From Hemiscyllium ocellatum (taxonomy: Eukaryota): a DNA stretch of 64,000 nt. Position numbers and translations under genes: made by a program. The stretch covers positions 20,294,341 to 20,358,340 of the forward strand of contig NC_083409.1 of assembly GCF_020745735.1 (NCBI RefSeq), read 5' to 3'. Under the pieces are notes generated by a model, which made no database searches, had not been told where the DNA came from, and saw only the letters and a program-made list of their open reading frames with translations. Shown piece after piece: positions 1 to 12,479 of this stretch. Within the stretch, counting starts at the first letter, position 1. Each line of letters starts with the position of its first letter.

Positions 1-925
1 TGCAGAGTCCTGTGTGAAATTCCGAGCAGTGTTCTGCACAGTGGCTTTTACAGGTATAGCAAGCAGGAAAGCATTGCATAATAACAGGAAATACAATTTA
101 AGGCTGTTAATTCTGTAAACTATAAAATGAATTTGTAAGAGCAAAATTTTGAAACAAATTAGATTGTGATAAGATAGACAGTTCCCTCAATGTTATCAAA
201 GCATTAGGATTGTTCAGCTGCATTAAGCAGAATTAATTATAAATGCAGTCTGGGTAATTAGCAGAAGGACGTGAGAAATCTCACAAATTATGAGTACCTT
301 TGGCAATTCCAACTTACAGACTTCGGGAGATAAGGGATTCTGATATTAGAAAAAGTAATTTCATCCAAAGGAAAAATGTATGAAGTCAGTAGTGGAGTAA
401 CTTACACAATAGGGCAGGGCAAATTGAGAGATCTGATAAATGTTAGGAGAATAGAGAAAGGACCTCCATAAATGAAGCATCAACACAAATCAGGGATTTG
501 TGTGATTGGATGAATGCAAATATCTCAGAGGTTTGTGAGCTGGGGAAATTTACAAGTCTGGATTAGTATCTGAAAGACTGCTGGAAAGCTCGACGTTGGC
601 CAAATGCAGCAGGACAACACGTGTGAGAAAAGCTAGCAACACCACTTCTGCAGAGAAGCTGCTGTACATCTAGATTTCACTTTGTTTTACAGATACCAAT
701 TTTCTAAATAACGTCAGCTTGTTATTTTGTTTCAGTCTGATGTAATGAATAATGTTTACCTTCATATATTTGTTAAACGACTGAAACTAATTATAATGAT
801 GATTCATCTTTTTGGACTCCCTGGAGGTTGGATGCCTACATAAATATAGATTTGTTTTCATTGGCTCAGTTGTGCATCCATCAGATTCATCTAACTCAAG
901 CACAAATCACTCATTCTCACAGAAA

Positions 926-2284
926 ATGGGGAAGCCAACTATTCTGCTGGTGAAAGAGATTTACTATCCAATTCTCACAGCAATTGCGCTTCCTGGTGAG
1001 TCGTTGAAAGTGTTTGTTGTTGATCAACGTTGACTGTCTTCTTGTTCATACCATTTTAGATCAGGTAACTTGTTTTTCTGATACCAGCAATCTGCAATGG
1101 ATATTCTCTACAACAAATCCATCAATTTTCAATTTCCATTTTATCAATTTTTCACCTTCTGAAGATTTTTTTTTGATAGAATGTACCTTGCTGGTTTCGT
1201 ACAGTAGATTATTTGATTCTTCATTCTGTACAGAGCGAGCTCTGGAGCTGCTCATTAAATACTTTCCTGTTTTGATAGCCCAACATAATGGTTTTAAATG
1301 TGCTCAGCAAATTTATTGAATGCAACCCAATACTTGAATATTATGTACTTCTGTCTGTCTCTCTTTTACAGCAAACTTGATGACCATTGTGATTCTGTCA
1401 CGAGGAAACTGTGGTCTTTCAAAGTGTATTTCTGTCTACATGATGGCCATGGCAACAACAGACCTTCTTGTTATTATCTTCTATGTAAAAGTGCATTATA
1501 TCTTCAATTATCACTTTCCATTTTCAATCCTGTCCCAAACATCTTGGTGCACAGGCATTATATATTCCAGTGGTGTCAGTATAGATTTATCTGTCTGGTT
1601 CAATGTCTCCTTCGCATTTGACAGATATGTTGTGATCTGCTGCCAGAAGTTTAAAACAAAGTATTGCACGAAGAGAACTGCAATTATCATTGTAACAACC
1701 TTCTCTTTCCTGATGGTGTTGAAGAATATTCCACTTCTATTTGCTTATGAACCTCAATACATAATCAACAAGGTGCAGTGGGGCTGTCGAGCAAGTGTGT
1801 CTTTCTTTTCATCTTCTGCAGGTACAGGATACCTCTGGTTCTACAGCGCCTGGCTTGCCTGGCTTCCTTTGACTTTCATTGCCATGTTCAATTCTTTAAC
1901 TATTCAACGTATTGTAATGGCCAATCGAGCCCGTGCCAGACTCCAGGGTCACAAAAGTGAGGATCACAGCAATTCAGAGACAGAGAGCCGACGGAAATCT
2001 ATATTCTACTGTTCTCTATATCAGTTGGTTTTATATTGCTTTGGTTAACCAATTCAGTGACTTTAGCGATTACCAAAATTGCAAATCCCAATCATTATGA
2101 AGGTGGCTTCACAAACCCAAATTATATTGCCATGGAAACTGGAGAGTTTCTGAAGCTGCTGAGTTCCTTTCTCAACCCATGTATCTATGCAGCAACTCAG
2201 AACAAATTCAAAGAGGAACTGAAGGTTCTTTTGAAATCTCCATGGAGAATATTTAAGAGATTACTTAAAAAAATGTCAGTATGA
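926..2284 (+). pseudogene. GPR139-like class A GPCR, two exons (926-995, 1372-2284), 1-nt frameshift near 2001-2003
   Basis: Exon 1 MGKPTILLVKEIYYPILTAIALP ends at cctg|gtgagt. The acceptor ttttacag|ca at 1371 continues in phase as ANLMTIVILSRGNCGLSKCISVYMMAMATTDLL...AFDRY...RRKS. After a single missing base the next frame reads ILLFSISVGFILLWLTNS...NPCIY...FKEELK to a stop at 2284. The motifs match the GPR139-like family expanded in sharks. Confidence 0.85.
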
Positions 2285-3599
2285 AGAATCATTTTGAACT
2301 AAAATCTGTTTTCTTGTTAAATTTCAACCCCACCTTCTTCTTATGGAAACCTCAGTTTCAAGTGACAGTTTAGGTGGATTGGTTATGCTAAATTGTTCCA
2401 TAGTGTCGAGGGATGTGCAGGCTTGATGGATTAGTCACAATAAATGCAGGGTTACCAGGATAGTGTGGGGTCTGAGTGGGATGCCCTTAGAAGGTCAGTG
2501 CAGAATTCAATTGGCTGATAAGCCTCGCTCAGCTCTGTTGGGATTCCATGATTCTGTGTCAGAAATATGGACAACAAAGGTATCCACTGCTCATGCTGGG
2601 ATTGGAGGCACCAATCTAACATCGTCAATCAAGATTCCTTGGATGCCACAAACGCTTTCTGCTTGCTGATCTCAATGATTCTTCTGAAGGTTTGTCGTGA
2701 ATATTGCTGGGGAGCAATTTGCAAATTGATACAGATCTTCAATGCAGGATTATTTGAAAAAGATTTTAAGATAAAGTCAACCTAAACAATTAATTGCACA
2801 GAATGCAATTGGTACATTCCAAAACACACTATAAAATACCATCCCATCTAATTTCAATACCATCAGTTAACGATATTAAAATACCAGAGAGAGTTCCAAT
2901 GTCTATCACATCTTTAGGTTTGAATTAAGTGTTGCTTTAAGTTCTAGCCTGAGAATTTGATAGCTTCTTCCTCCATTAGGTACAGAACTAACCTCAAACG
3001 TTTTTAACTTCAAATAATCAATCTGGTGTCCTAACCAAACACTTCAGGACTGGAATTTCCAATTATTTCCCAATATTCTGAACTATCTCCTTACTTCAGC
3101 TTAAATTGTGTTCTTAACATCTAACTTCAATCAGGACTTCCACCAATTACAGTAAGAACCATTTCAATTCACTGGGTTTTTCACCCTAAGAAGAAAAAAG
3201 CTAATTCCTGATTCTCCTCAATTAAAAGCAAGTTACTGCTTTTCAATCTGTACTTTGTCTGATCACAAAACTTTCATACATCACTCCAAAACCTTTGCTT
3301 CTCATCTGAAAATTGCAAAATAAATACTTGGTCTGAAAAGGCTGCAAGGTTGATCATGAAATTCCCTCATATACAAAGAACAAAACTCTCATGTCACTCA
3401 TACAAAGACCATTGTTTCTGCTTTGTCTGTCACATTGAATGTATCGTTTTTCATAAAATGCCATTCTGTTTGGTATTAAGTTCCAGCGAAGTGTTTCAGA
3501 TAAGTGGTTACTTTTAGATTTTTTTTAAGAATGAAGTTTCAAGTTTGGACTTTCATGTTTTTGCTAAACTGAATATTCAAATATTATCTAAATGTATTG

Positions 3600-4108
3600 A
3601 AGAATCTTTATTTTCTGATAGGTTTTTACTCATGAAAAGTTTATTTGTGTGAATGGGGTGAATTTGTACTTGCAGAGTTACATTGTACTTTGCTCAAAAA
3701 CTGCATGAATCCATGTAAGACTCTGTTAACTCAGTTTTTAGATTAAAATCAGTCTAAACATTATGGCACAGTCAAGGGACACAGGGGGCTAACACCTTCA
3801 ACATATTATCTGGCTGACACAAATTGTTACAGTTAACCTGAGAATGTAACTTTTAAAAAATAATTTGTGATTTACGTATGAAGGAAGTGAAACTATCATG
3901 GTCATTCTAACAGAAGAAAGACTCAACAAAAAATCAAGGTATTTTTCAATGTATAATTTCAGTTACACCACACTGTAAACTTTTGCTATAAATTCTGTGT
4001 CTTACAATTGTGTACTCCACAACCACCTGATGAAGGAGTGGCCCTCTGAAAGCTAATGCTTCCAATTAAACCTGTTGGGCTATAACCTGGTGTTGTGCGA
4101 TTTTTAAT
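3600..4108 (+). mobile_element. PLE-derived non-autonomous repeat ending in a degenerate hammerhead motif
   Basis: Terminus cacCTGATGAaggagtggccctctGAAAGCTA...aaacctgttgggctataacctggtgttgtg is shared with 16731-16815 (+) and 37752-37840 (-). The left boundary is uncertain. Confidence 0.55.
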
Positions 4109-4510
4109 TTGGTGTATAAGAGGAATGAAGTCTCCATTCAACTGCACAAGTTGCTGATGGGCCCGCATCTGGAGTACTGGGAGCAGTTTTGGTCCCCTTA
4201 TTTAAGTGCATACATTATTTCATTAGAGGCACTAGGAAAGTCTGTGACCGCAGAGCATAGTCTCATAATAAAGGGTTGCCAATTTAAGACTGAGATAAGG
4301 AGGAATTTATTCTCTCAGAGTGTTGTGAGTCTTTGGAAATTCTTACCACATAGAGCTGAGGGGAGAGCCCTTGTGTATATTTCATGCTTAGATAGATAGA
4401 GTTTTGTTCAGTAGAAGATTCAAGGGTGACAGGGAAAAGACAGGAAAGTGGACATGAGGAATATTGGATTATCCATGATCCTACTGAATGGTGCAGATGG
4501 CTTGAGAGGC
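4109..4510 (+). mobile_element. CR1-type LINE 3' fragment
   Basis: Translates as PHLEYWEQFWSPY and FKTEIRRNLFSQSVV, matching the C-terminus of the intact CR1 ORF2 at 31071-32618. Confidence 0.8.
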
Positions 4511-4844
4511 TGAATGGGTTTTACTCTTATTCCTATTTCTTATTGTCTTGTGGTCTTTTACATTGTTTTTAATCTTGTTGCTCTATTAGGGCACAGTTGT
4601 TCAAATTGTTCTACCTGCCACTATCCATGCTCTTTTTGCAATTATTGTCTGCTCTCTTGGTGCATTGTTCAGAATGAAGCCATTCACCTCCATCCATTTT
4701 CTTTTAAACTTTTGGTGTTGTCTCCAGAATGAAGTCACTCCACTTTCACCTGTCTAATATGATCACAGGTGGAATGCCTTGAATAGTGTTGAGGTCCTTA
4801 CCTAAGGAAAGATCTTTTCAATTGGATGCGGTTCAGTGGAGTGT

Positions 4845-7100
4845 CTAGGCTGGTACCAGAGATGGAGGGATGGATCCCTGTGGAACACCACAGGTCACAG
4901 TTTTCAATTTTGAGAAACTCCCTTCCTCTACCACTGTCTGCCTCCTGTTATTCAGCCTATTCTCTATCCATCTGGCTAGTACACTCTGGACCCTATATGA
5001 CTTTAAATTCTCCATCAGGCTATCATGGGGAACTTTGTGAAACACCTTACTGAAGTCCATGTATATGACACAAAAAGCCCTTTCCTCATCAATCAACTTT
5101 GTCACTTCTTCAAAGAATTCTATTAAGTTAGTAAGATATGACATTCCCTGCACAAAATCATACTGCCTATCACTGATAAGTCAATTTTCTTCCAAATGTA
5201 AATAGATCCAATCCCTCAGTATCTTCTCCAGCATCTTCCCTACCACTGATGTCAGGCTCACTGGTCTATAATTACCTGGATTATCCTTGCTGCCCTTCTT
5301 AAACAAGGGGACAACATTAGCAATTCTCCAGTCCTCTGGGATCTCTGCCACGTTTAAGGCGGCTACAAAGATATCTGTTAAGGCCCCAGCTATTTCCTCT
5401 CTCGGTTCCCTCAGTAACGTGGGATAGATCCCATCCCGACCTGAAGACTTGTCCACCTTCATGCCTTTTAGAAAACTCAACACTTCCTCCAGCCTTAAAC
5501 CGACTTGACCTAAAGTAATCAAACATCTATCCCCAATTTCAACATCCATCTTTTCCCTCTTCTTGGTGAATACTGAAACAAAGTACTCATTAAGAAGCTC
5601 TCCCATTTTCTCTGACTCTACACCTAACTTTCCTCCTTTGTGCTTGAGTGGGCTAACCCTTTCACTGGTCACCCACTTGCTTCTTTTATATAAATAAAAG
5701 GCTTTGGGATTTTCCTTAACCCTGTTTGCTAATGATATTTCATGACCCCTTTTATCCCCTTTAATTCCTCATTTCAGATCTGTTCTACTTTCCCGGTATT
5801 CTTCCAAAGCTTTATATGCTTACAGCCACCTAGACCTTATGTACGCATCCTTTGTCCTCTTAGCTAGTCTCACATTTTCATCTGTCATCCAGGGTTCCCT
5901 AATCTTGCCATCCCTCTGCTACCTTATCTTGAACCCTCCCCAAGAGTATGAGCAAAAGTACCCCAGAGGACATTAGTTCCAGTCCTGCCCAGGTGTAGAC
6001 CATCTGATTTGTAAAAGTCACACCTCCCCCAGAACTGGTCCTAATGTCCCAAAATTCTGAGCATCTCCCTCCTACACCATCTCTCAAGTCACGCATTCAT
6101 CCTGCCTTTTTTTTTCATTCCTGCTACGTGGCAGTGGTAGCAATCCTGAGATTACTACCTCTGAGGTTCTACTTTTTAACGTGGTTCCTAACTCCTAAAT
6201 TCTGCTTGTAGGACCTTATCCCATTTATTACTGATATCATTTGTGCCTACATTCACCATCACAGCTCGCTGTTCACCTCCCCTTTCAGAATGTCCTGCAG
6301 CTGATCTGAAACATCCCTGACCTGTGCACCTGGGAGGCAACATGCTATTCAGAAGTCTCATTTTTGACCACAGAACTATCTGCCTTCTCACCTTACAAAG
6401 TCCAAACAAACCATATCCATGGGATCCACATGATCACATCCACTTGCTACACCCTTGAACAATTCCAGGTGATTTGTTACGCATGATTTCCCTTTCGACA
6501 ATCCATGCTGACTCTGTCCAATTCTGTCACTGTTTTCAAAGTGCTAAGCTGTAAAACATTTTAGACTGATCTTGAACATTTTCTCCACTGCTAATGTCCG
6601 GTTAATTGGTCTCAAATTCCTTATTTTCCCTCTCTCTCTCTTTTTCAATAGTTGTGTTAAATTAGCTGCCCTCCACTCTCTAGAACCTATCCCACAGCCA
6701 ACAAACAGATAACTGTCAGTGTTTCCAGTATTTTACAACCACTTCCTGAAGTACTCCCAAAAATCGATTATTTGTCCCTGCTGATTTAACATACTTTAAT
6801 TTTCCCAGAACCATTTCCCTACAAAAACTGATTCCTTTAGTTCCTTCCTCTGATAAGACTCTGGGTTCACCAACATTTTTAAGATATATTTGAGAATTCA
6901 TTTGTGAAGAAAGATCCAGAATATGTTCATCTGTCATCTCTTTGTTTCAATTATGACATTATAACATTTGTGTGTAACTTCCTTGAATGTCATCTGAACG
7001 TCCATATAAACAACACATTCCCTTATCTCACACATTAGTGACCTCTTTATAGTATGTCACCAGGTTAGTTGAAGATGTCTGAACCTTTTTAAATCCATGA
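4845..7100 (-). mobile_element. Degraded CR1-type LINE fragments (RT, linker, ORF1 esterase)
   Basis: ORFs with YMDFSKVFHKVPH, GVPQGS, NYRPVSLTSVVGK and VNVGTNDI (SGNH-esterase-like ORF1). Confidence 0.85.
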
Positions 7101-7259
7101 TGACTTACTCTGATCAGTTTAGATTTGTCAGACATTTTGTCTCTAAAACTAGATTCAATCAATTCGCAACAACAGACATTCATCAGAGATGTTCATTGGG
7201 AGTGAGGTTAGTAAACAGATAGCACTGACACGAGGGGCTGAACAACCTCCTCCTGGAGT

Positions 7260-8520
7260 CATTAAGTCATAGAGATGTTCAGCACAGAAACAGACCCTTC
7301 AGTCTAACCCACCCATGCCGACCAAACATCCCACCCCAATCTTGTACACCTGCCAACACCCGGCCCATGTCCATCGAAACCCTTCCTATTCATATACCTA
7401 TCCAGATGCATTTTAAATGTTGTAATTGTACTAGCCTCCACCACCTCCTCTGGCAGCACATTTCACACTCACACCACCCTCTGCGTGAAACATTGGCCCC
7501 CTCAAGTCTCTTTTATATTTTTCCCCTCTCACCCTAAACCTATGCCCTCAAGTTTTGGACTGCCCAACCCCAGGGAAAAGACCTTATCTCTTTATCCTAT
7601 GCATGCCCCTCATACTTTTATAAACCTCTATAAGGTCACCCCTTAGCCTCTGATGCTCCAGCGAAAACAGCCCCAATCTGTTCAACTTCTACCTATAACA
7701 CAAATCCTCCAAACCTGGCAACATCCTTGTAAATCTTTTCTGAACCCTTTCAAGATTCACAACATTCTTCCGATAGGATGGAGACCGGACTTGTGCACAA
7801 TTTTCCAAAAGTGGTCTATCCAATGTCCTGTACAGCCGCAATATGACCTCCCAACTCCTACACTCAGTGCTGTGACCAATAAAGGAAAGCATACCAAATG
7901 CCTTCTTCACTATCCTATCTAACTGTGACTCCACTTTCAAGGGGCTATGAAACTGTACTCCAAGGTGTCTTTGTTCAGCAGCACTCTCTGGAACCTGGCC
8001 ATTTAGTACATACATCCTGCTAAGATTTACTTTGCTAAAATGCAGCACCTCGCATTTATCTAAATTAAACACCATCTGCCACTCTTCAGCTCATTGGACC
8101 TTTTGATCAAGAGCACATTGTTACCTGAGGAAACCTTCTTCGCTGTCCACTACACCACCAATTTTGGTGTCATCTGTAAACTTACTAACTGTATCTCCTA
8201 TGTTCACATCCAAATCATTTCTATAAGTGACGAAAAATAGTGGATTCAGCACCAACCCTTGTGGCACTCCACTGGTCACAGGCCTCCAGTCTGAAAAGCA
8301 ACCCTCCACCACCATCCGCTGTCTTCTACTTTTCAGCCAGTTCTGTATACAAATGGCTAGTTCTCCCTGTACTCCATAAGACATAACCTTGCGAACCAGT
8401 CTCCCATGTGGAACCTTGTTGAATGCCTTACTGAAGTCCACATAGATCCCGTCTAATACTCTGTCCTCATCAATCCTCTTTGTTACTTCTTCAAAAACTC
8501 AATCAAGTTTGTAAGACATG
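7260..8520 (-). mobile_element. CR1-type LINE RT and 3' end fragment
   Basis: MDFSKAFNKVPHG, GVPQGLVL, KFTDDTK, LERVQKRFTRMLPG. Confidence 0.9.
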
Positions 8521-9949
8521 ATTTTGCATGCATTAGTGGGGAATACACAGTGTACATTGTGTCCAGGAGCATCTTGAAAAGATGTCTTTCTCTGTTTCCA
8601 TTTTCAGCTCCAGGGCTGTCATGAAGGAGCTGAAAGAATCTTTGGTGAAGAAGTTTCTGGACGGTGAGGGCTGTGTGAAGGGTTTCAGCAGTGACTGATG
8701 ATTGCAGCTCCTTGTTCAGACTGCTCCTTCCCACCACTGATCAAGCCATGTAACCTCCTGTCACAATGAGTGACATTACAATCCATATCACAGTATCAGT
8801 GCCAGCAAACAGCAGTATCAAAGTCTGACCCACTGGGACAGGCATCACTGCCTGACATCAAAGAACGGAGCCTGAATCCCCTCCCCCCATGCTCATAAAC
8901 CCTACAGCATCGAAAATATACTGACACACAGCCCCTTCTATTACACACTGACCATCAGAGAGCCCCTTCAGAAGTAGAAGTCAGCATCGAGACTGAGAGA
9001 GAGGGAGAGATGGGGTGATGCAAAGACAAAGAGAGGGAAAGGGGGGGGGAGAGAGAGAGAGATGGAGAGGGAGCCAATTATTGGGAGCAAGCTGTTGTCC
9101 ATGTCTGAGGGAAGGAGTCTTATTCCAATTATGTCAGACCTTGGTGAGGCCGCACCTGCAGCACTGGGTCCAGTTTTGATTTCCTTCCCGATGGAAGGAT
9201 AGACTCACCCAGACTCTACCTGGAAGGAGTGCAGCAAAGATTCGTGAAGCTGATTCCTGACAGAAGGGGATTCTCTGATGAGGCCAAATGGAGTCTATTT
9301 GACATTATTCCCTGGGGTTTAGTGGAACAGGCTGGAGGGACTGAATGGCCTCCTGCTGTCCCTATTTCTTCTGTTCTGTTGATGGTGTCAGTGTGTGCTG
9401 ATGAGAAATGGAGTTCCTCTGTTGAAACTGCTCCTGATTTAATGATGGAGCTGGAAGCCAGGAGAAGCTTCAGAAGCTTCAATTTCTAACCAGAAACTGC
9501 CCACTCGGCCTCTTGGACACCATGAGCTGGGTTACTGTGCCTAGCACCAACATCCCCCTCCCTCCCTCCCTGACAAGGCCCTGTCTGATTGGATTCGCAT
9601 TGTTACATTTTCCCAGTTCTGGAAGGGACTCCATCCTCTGATCCAGCATCCCGGCACATTCCCAAACCTGAGATTCAAATCCGGAGTGGACCTGTTCCTC
9701 TCAAATATCAATTCCAATGATGACATTCCACTGGGTCCCTTGCTGCAGGGAAAGGATCAGCCAGGGCCATATTCTTCAGCCATGAAGAATAATGACGGGA
9801 TATTTGGAGTCTGAGTTTGATGATGTAAATGTGAACCATTGCAGCAAAGACATTACAGATGGTTTGTACAGACAGCAAAGCCCAAACCAGAGCATTGTTA
9901 CAAATGACTTTTTCCCAGTGAAGGGGTCCATCCTGCTGAGTATTCGACA

Positions 9950-11100
9950 AATCTGGGCTTTGGAGAAATATTGGGCAGATGGAGTGTAATGTGGGGGATA
10001 TGAATCACAAAGTTAGAACGCAGCTACAGCAAGTGAATCCGGAGGCAGATGGAGTGTTGGTGCTCCTTGTAAAGGGAATGCAATCTAAAAGCAGGGACAT
10101 TTTACTGCAGCTGTTACGGTTAGGGGTTTGGTGAGAGCACATCTGGAATATGGTGTCTAGTATCAGGCTTCTTATTGAAGAAAGGACAGGAGCTGCATTG
10201 GATATAGTTCAGAGATGGTTCCCTTGACTGATTCCTGGTATGGAGCGATTGTCTTATGAGCAAAGGTCAAACAGGTTAGGAATCTGATCCCTGGAATTTA
10301 GAAGAATAAGAGGGAATCTTATCGAAATGTATCAAATCCTTAAGGGGCTTGACCGGGGAAATGCTGGATGTTTCCCTTCATGAGAGAGTAAGGGCTACAC
10401 AGAAAACCACTGGGTAACCACTAGGACAGGATCAGGAACACATGAGGACCAGAAAGCTGAACTATATCTATTTTAATGTAAGGAACTTGACTAGTAAGAT
10501 GGTTGAACTGAGAGCATTGACCAGCACGTGGGAATATCATATTGTTGCAATTGCTGAGACATGATTGAAGAAAGATAGGACTGGCAGCTCAACATTCTAG
10601 GGTAGAGAAGTATCAGGTGGGGTAGAGGGAATGCAAGAGAGGTGGGAGTATTGCATTATTGATAAAGGAGACCATCACTGCAAGATTGAAGGAGCATTTC
10701 TTGGAAGGCTCTTCAAATGAGGCCATCTGGGTAAAGCTAGAAATAACAAAAGACAATCACTTTGCTGGGATTATACTACAGGCCCCCCAATTGTCAGATG
10801 GAGAGAAAGAAGCAGATATGTTGGCAAATCACAGAGAGGTGTGAGAGGAATAGGTTATATTAGTGGGGAATTTCAACTTCTCTAGCATGAACTGGGATTG
10901 CCTTTGTGTGAATGGTAGAAATTTTAAAGTCCACCCAGGAGAGCTTTTGGTGCTAGTACATAGATAGTCCCTCTGTACATGGGCAGTGCAGGACTCAATC
11001 CTTGGTAATGAAGCCGGTCAAATGGTTGAAGAGTCAGTGGATGAGCATTTTGGAGATAGTGAACATAAGTCCGTAAGATTCATAGTTATTATGGAAAGGA
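9950..11100 (+). mobile_element. Degraded CR1-type LINE fragments (3' part and APE region)
   Basis: Nucleotide similarity to other CR1 copies in the window; GGGAATTTCAAC (GxFN-type APE motif) near 10865. Confidence 0.6.
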
Positions 11101-12479
11101 GGAAGGGTCATCCCCATCTCCATTATACTCACTACTTGACAAATCTGTACATGACACGATAGTTCCTCAAAAACTGGGAGAGGAATTAAGGATACTGGTT
11201 TTGTATTGAGGTTTACCTACAACTTGACAAGTAGGACAAGTTTTATAAAACTGCACCACATCTTTATCCAATTGTAGCTCAGTAAAATGCCTGTTTCTGG
11301 ATGCCTATGTTTTCCAAATCCCCATGTGATCTGCCATGGGAGTCTCATGTGCTCCTTGTACTAGCTCCCTCTGATAGCTGGTGGGACCACTAGCTAATGT
11401 CTAAGCAACCATTCTTCATCTAGGGGTCCATGAGGTGGTCTCCACTTCCTCATCAGCACTCTGTTCTGAAGTTAACCATGGTGGCCCGGGGGCTCAGTGG
11501 TTAGCACCGCTACCTCACCGTCTCAAACTCAGTAGATGTTTGTCCAGGCTGTTTCTGTAAGTTCTGAAATATCTGTCTGTATGTTTCTGGGACTGACACA
11601 ATAAAACAGAAACCAACAGAAACAGGCCAACATAACAGAGGGCTTCCATGTTGGAGAATCAGTTGATTGAACCAAGTCAGAATAATTGGTGTTCTCCTGT
11701 AGCATTGGTTCCTGAACCAAACTGTTCAATTTGAGTCTGTGTAGACTCTAAGAAAGTGAATATAGTCCCAAAGCCAGATTCATTCCCTATTCACAGATGA
11801 GAAGATTACATAGATAAGATAAGAAATGTATTATTCTTTCCTAAAATTGATTTGTGAAACGGGTGTTGATAAGACCTCATTGATAACTAGAACTATGTGA
11901 GTTTCTGCCTCTCTTACACCTTCAGGATTATACCCAATTGCCATTTGAACTTAAGTGTGCGCCAGTCACATTTGAATGATTATCGTGAAGGTGAACAAGG
12001 TCACACTTCCTCACATTACACTTCAAAGCCCAGCTGTATCTAATATTCAGCAGGATGGACCTTCACAGGGAAACAGCCATTTGTAACGAGAATAATGACA
12101 CATCTCTGAGAATCACATTAATAATTGTTTTTATTGAAGCATTCATAAGTTCTGTGTTGATTGACACAATGCTCTGGTTTGGGCTTTGCTGTCTGTACAA
12201 ACCATCTGTGATGTCTTTGCTGCAATGGTTCACATTTACATCATCAAGCTTACACGCCAAATATCCCATCATTGTTCTCTGTGGGATTCACTGGCATTGG
12301 CTCAGATCGGGCACCCAGCAGCTCTGAATGAGGGGGGGATGGATGTCAGAAAAAGAGAGAGAGAGAGATGGGAGCTTTGAGAGAGAAAAGAGGGATTAAA
12401 ATCAGAGTAAGATCCATGCAGCTGAGGTAGAGAGGGAGGAGGAGGATACAGCGAGAGAGAGAGATGGAGGTCAAGGAGT

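Noticed and set aside
3883-3894. GGAAGTGAAACT as an Ig or interferon enhancer
   Set aside because: It appears to lie within a repeat-derived segment far from the Ig gene, with no supporting motifs.
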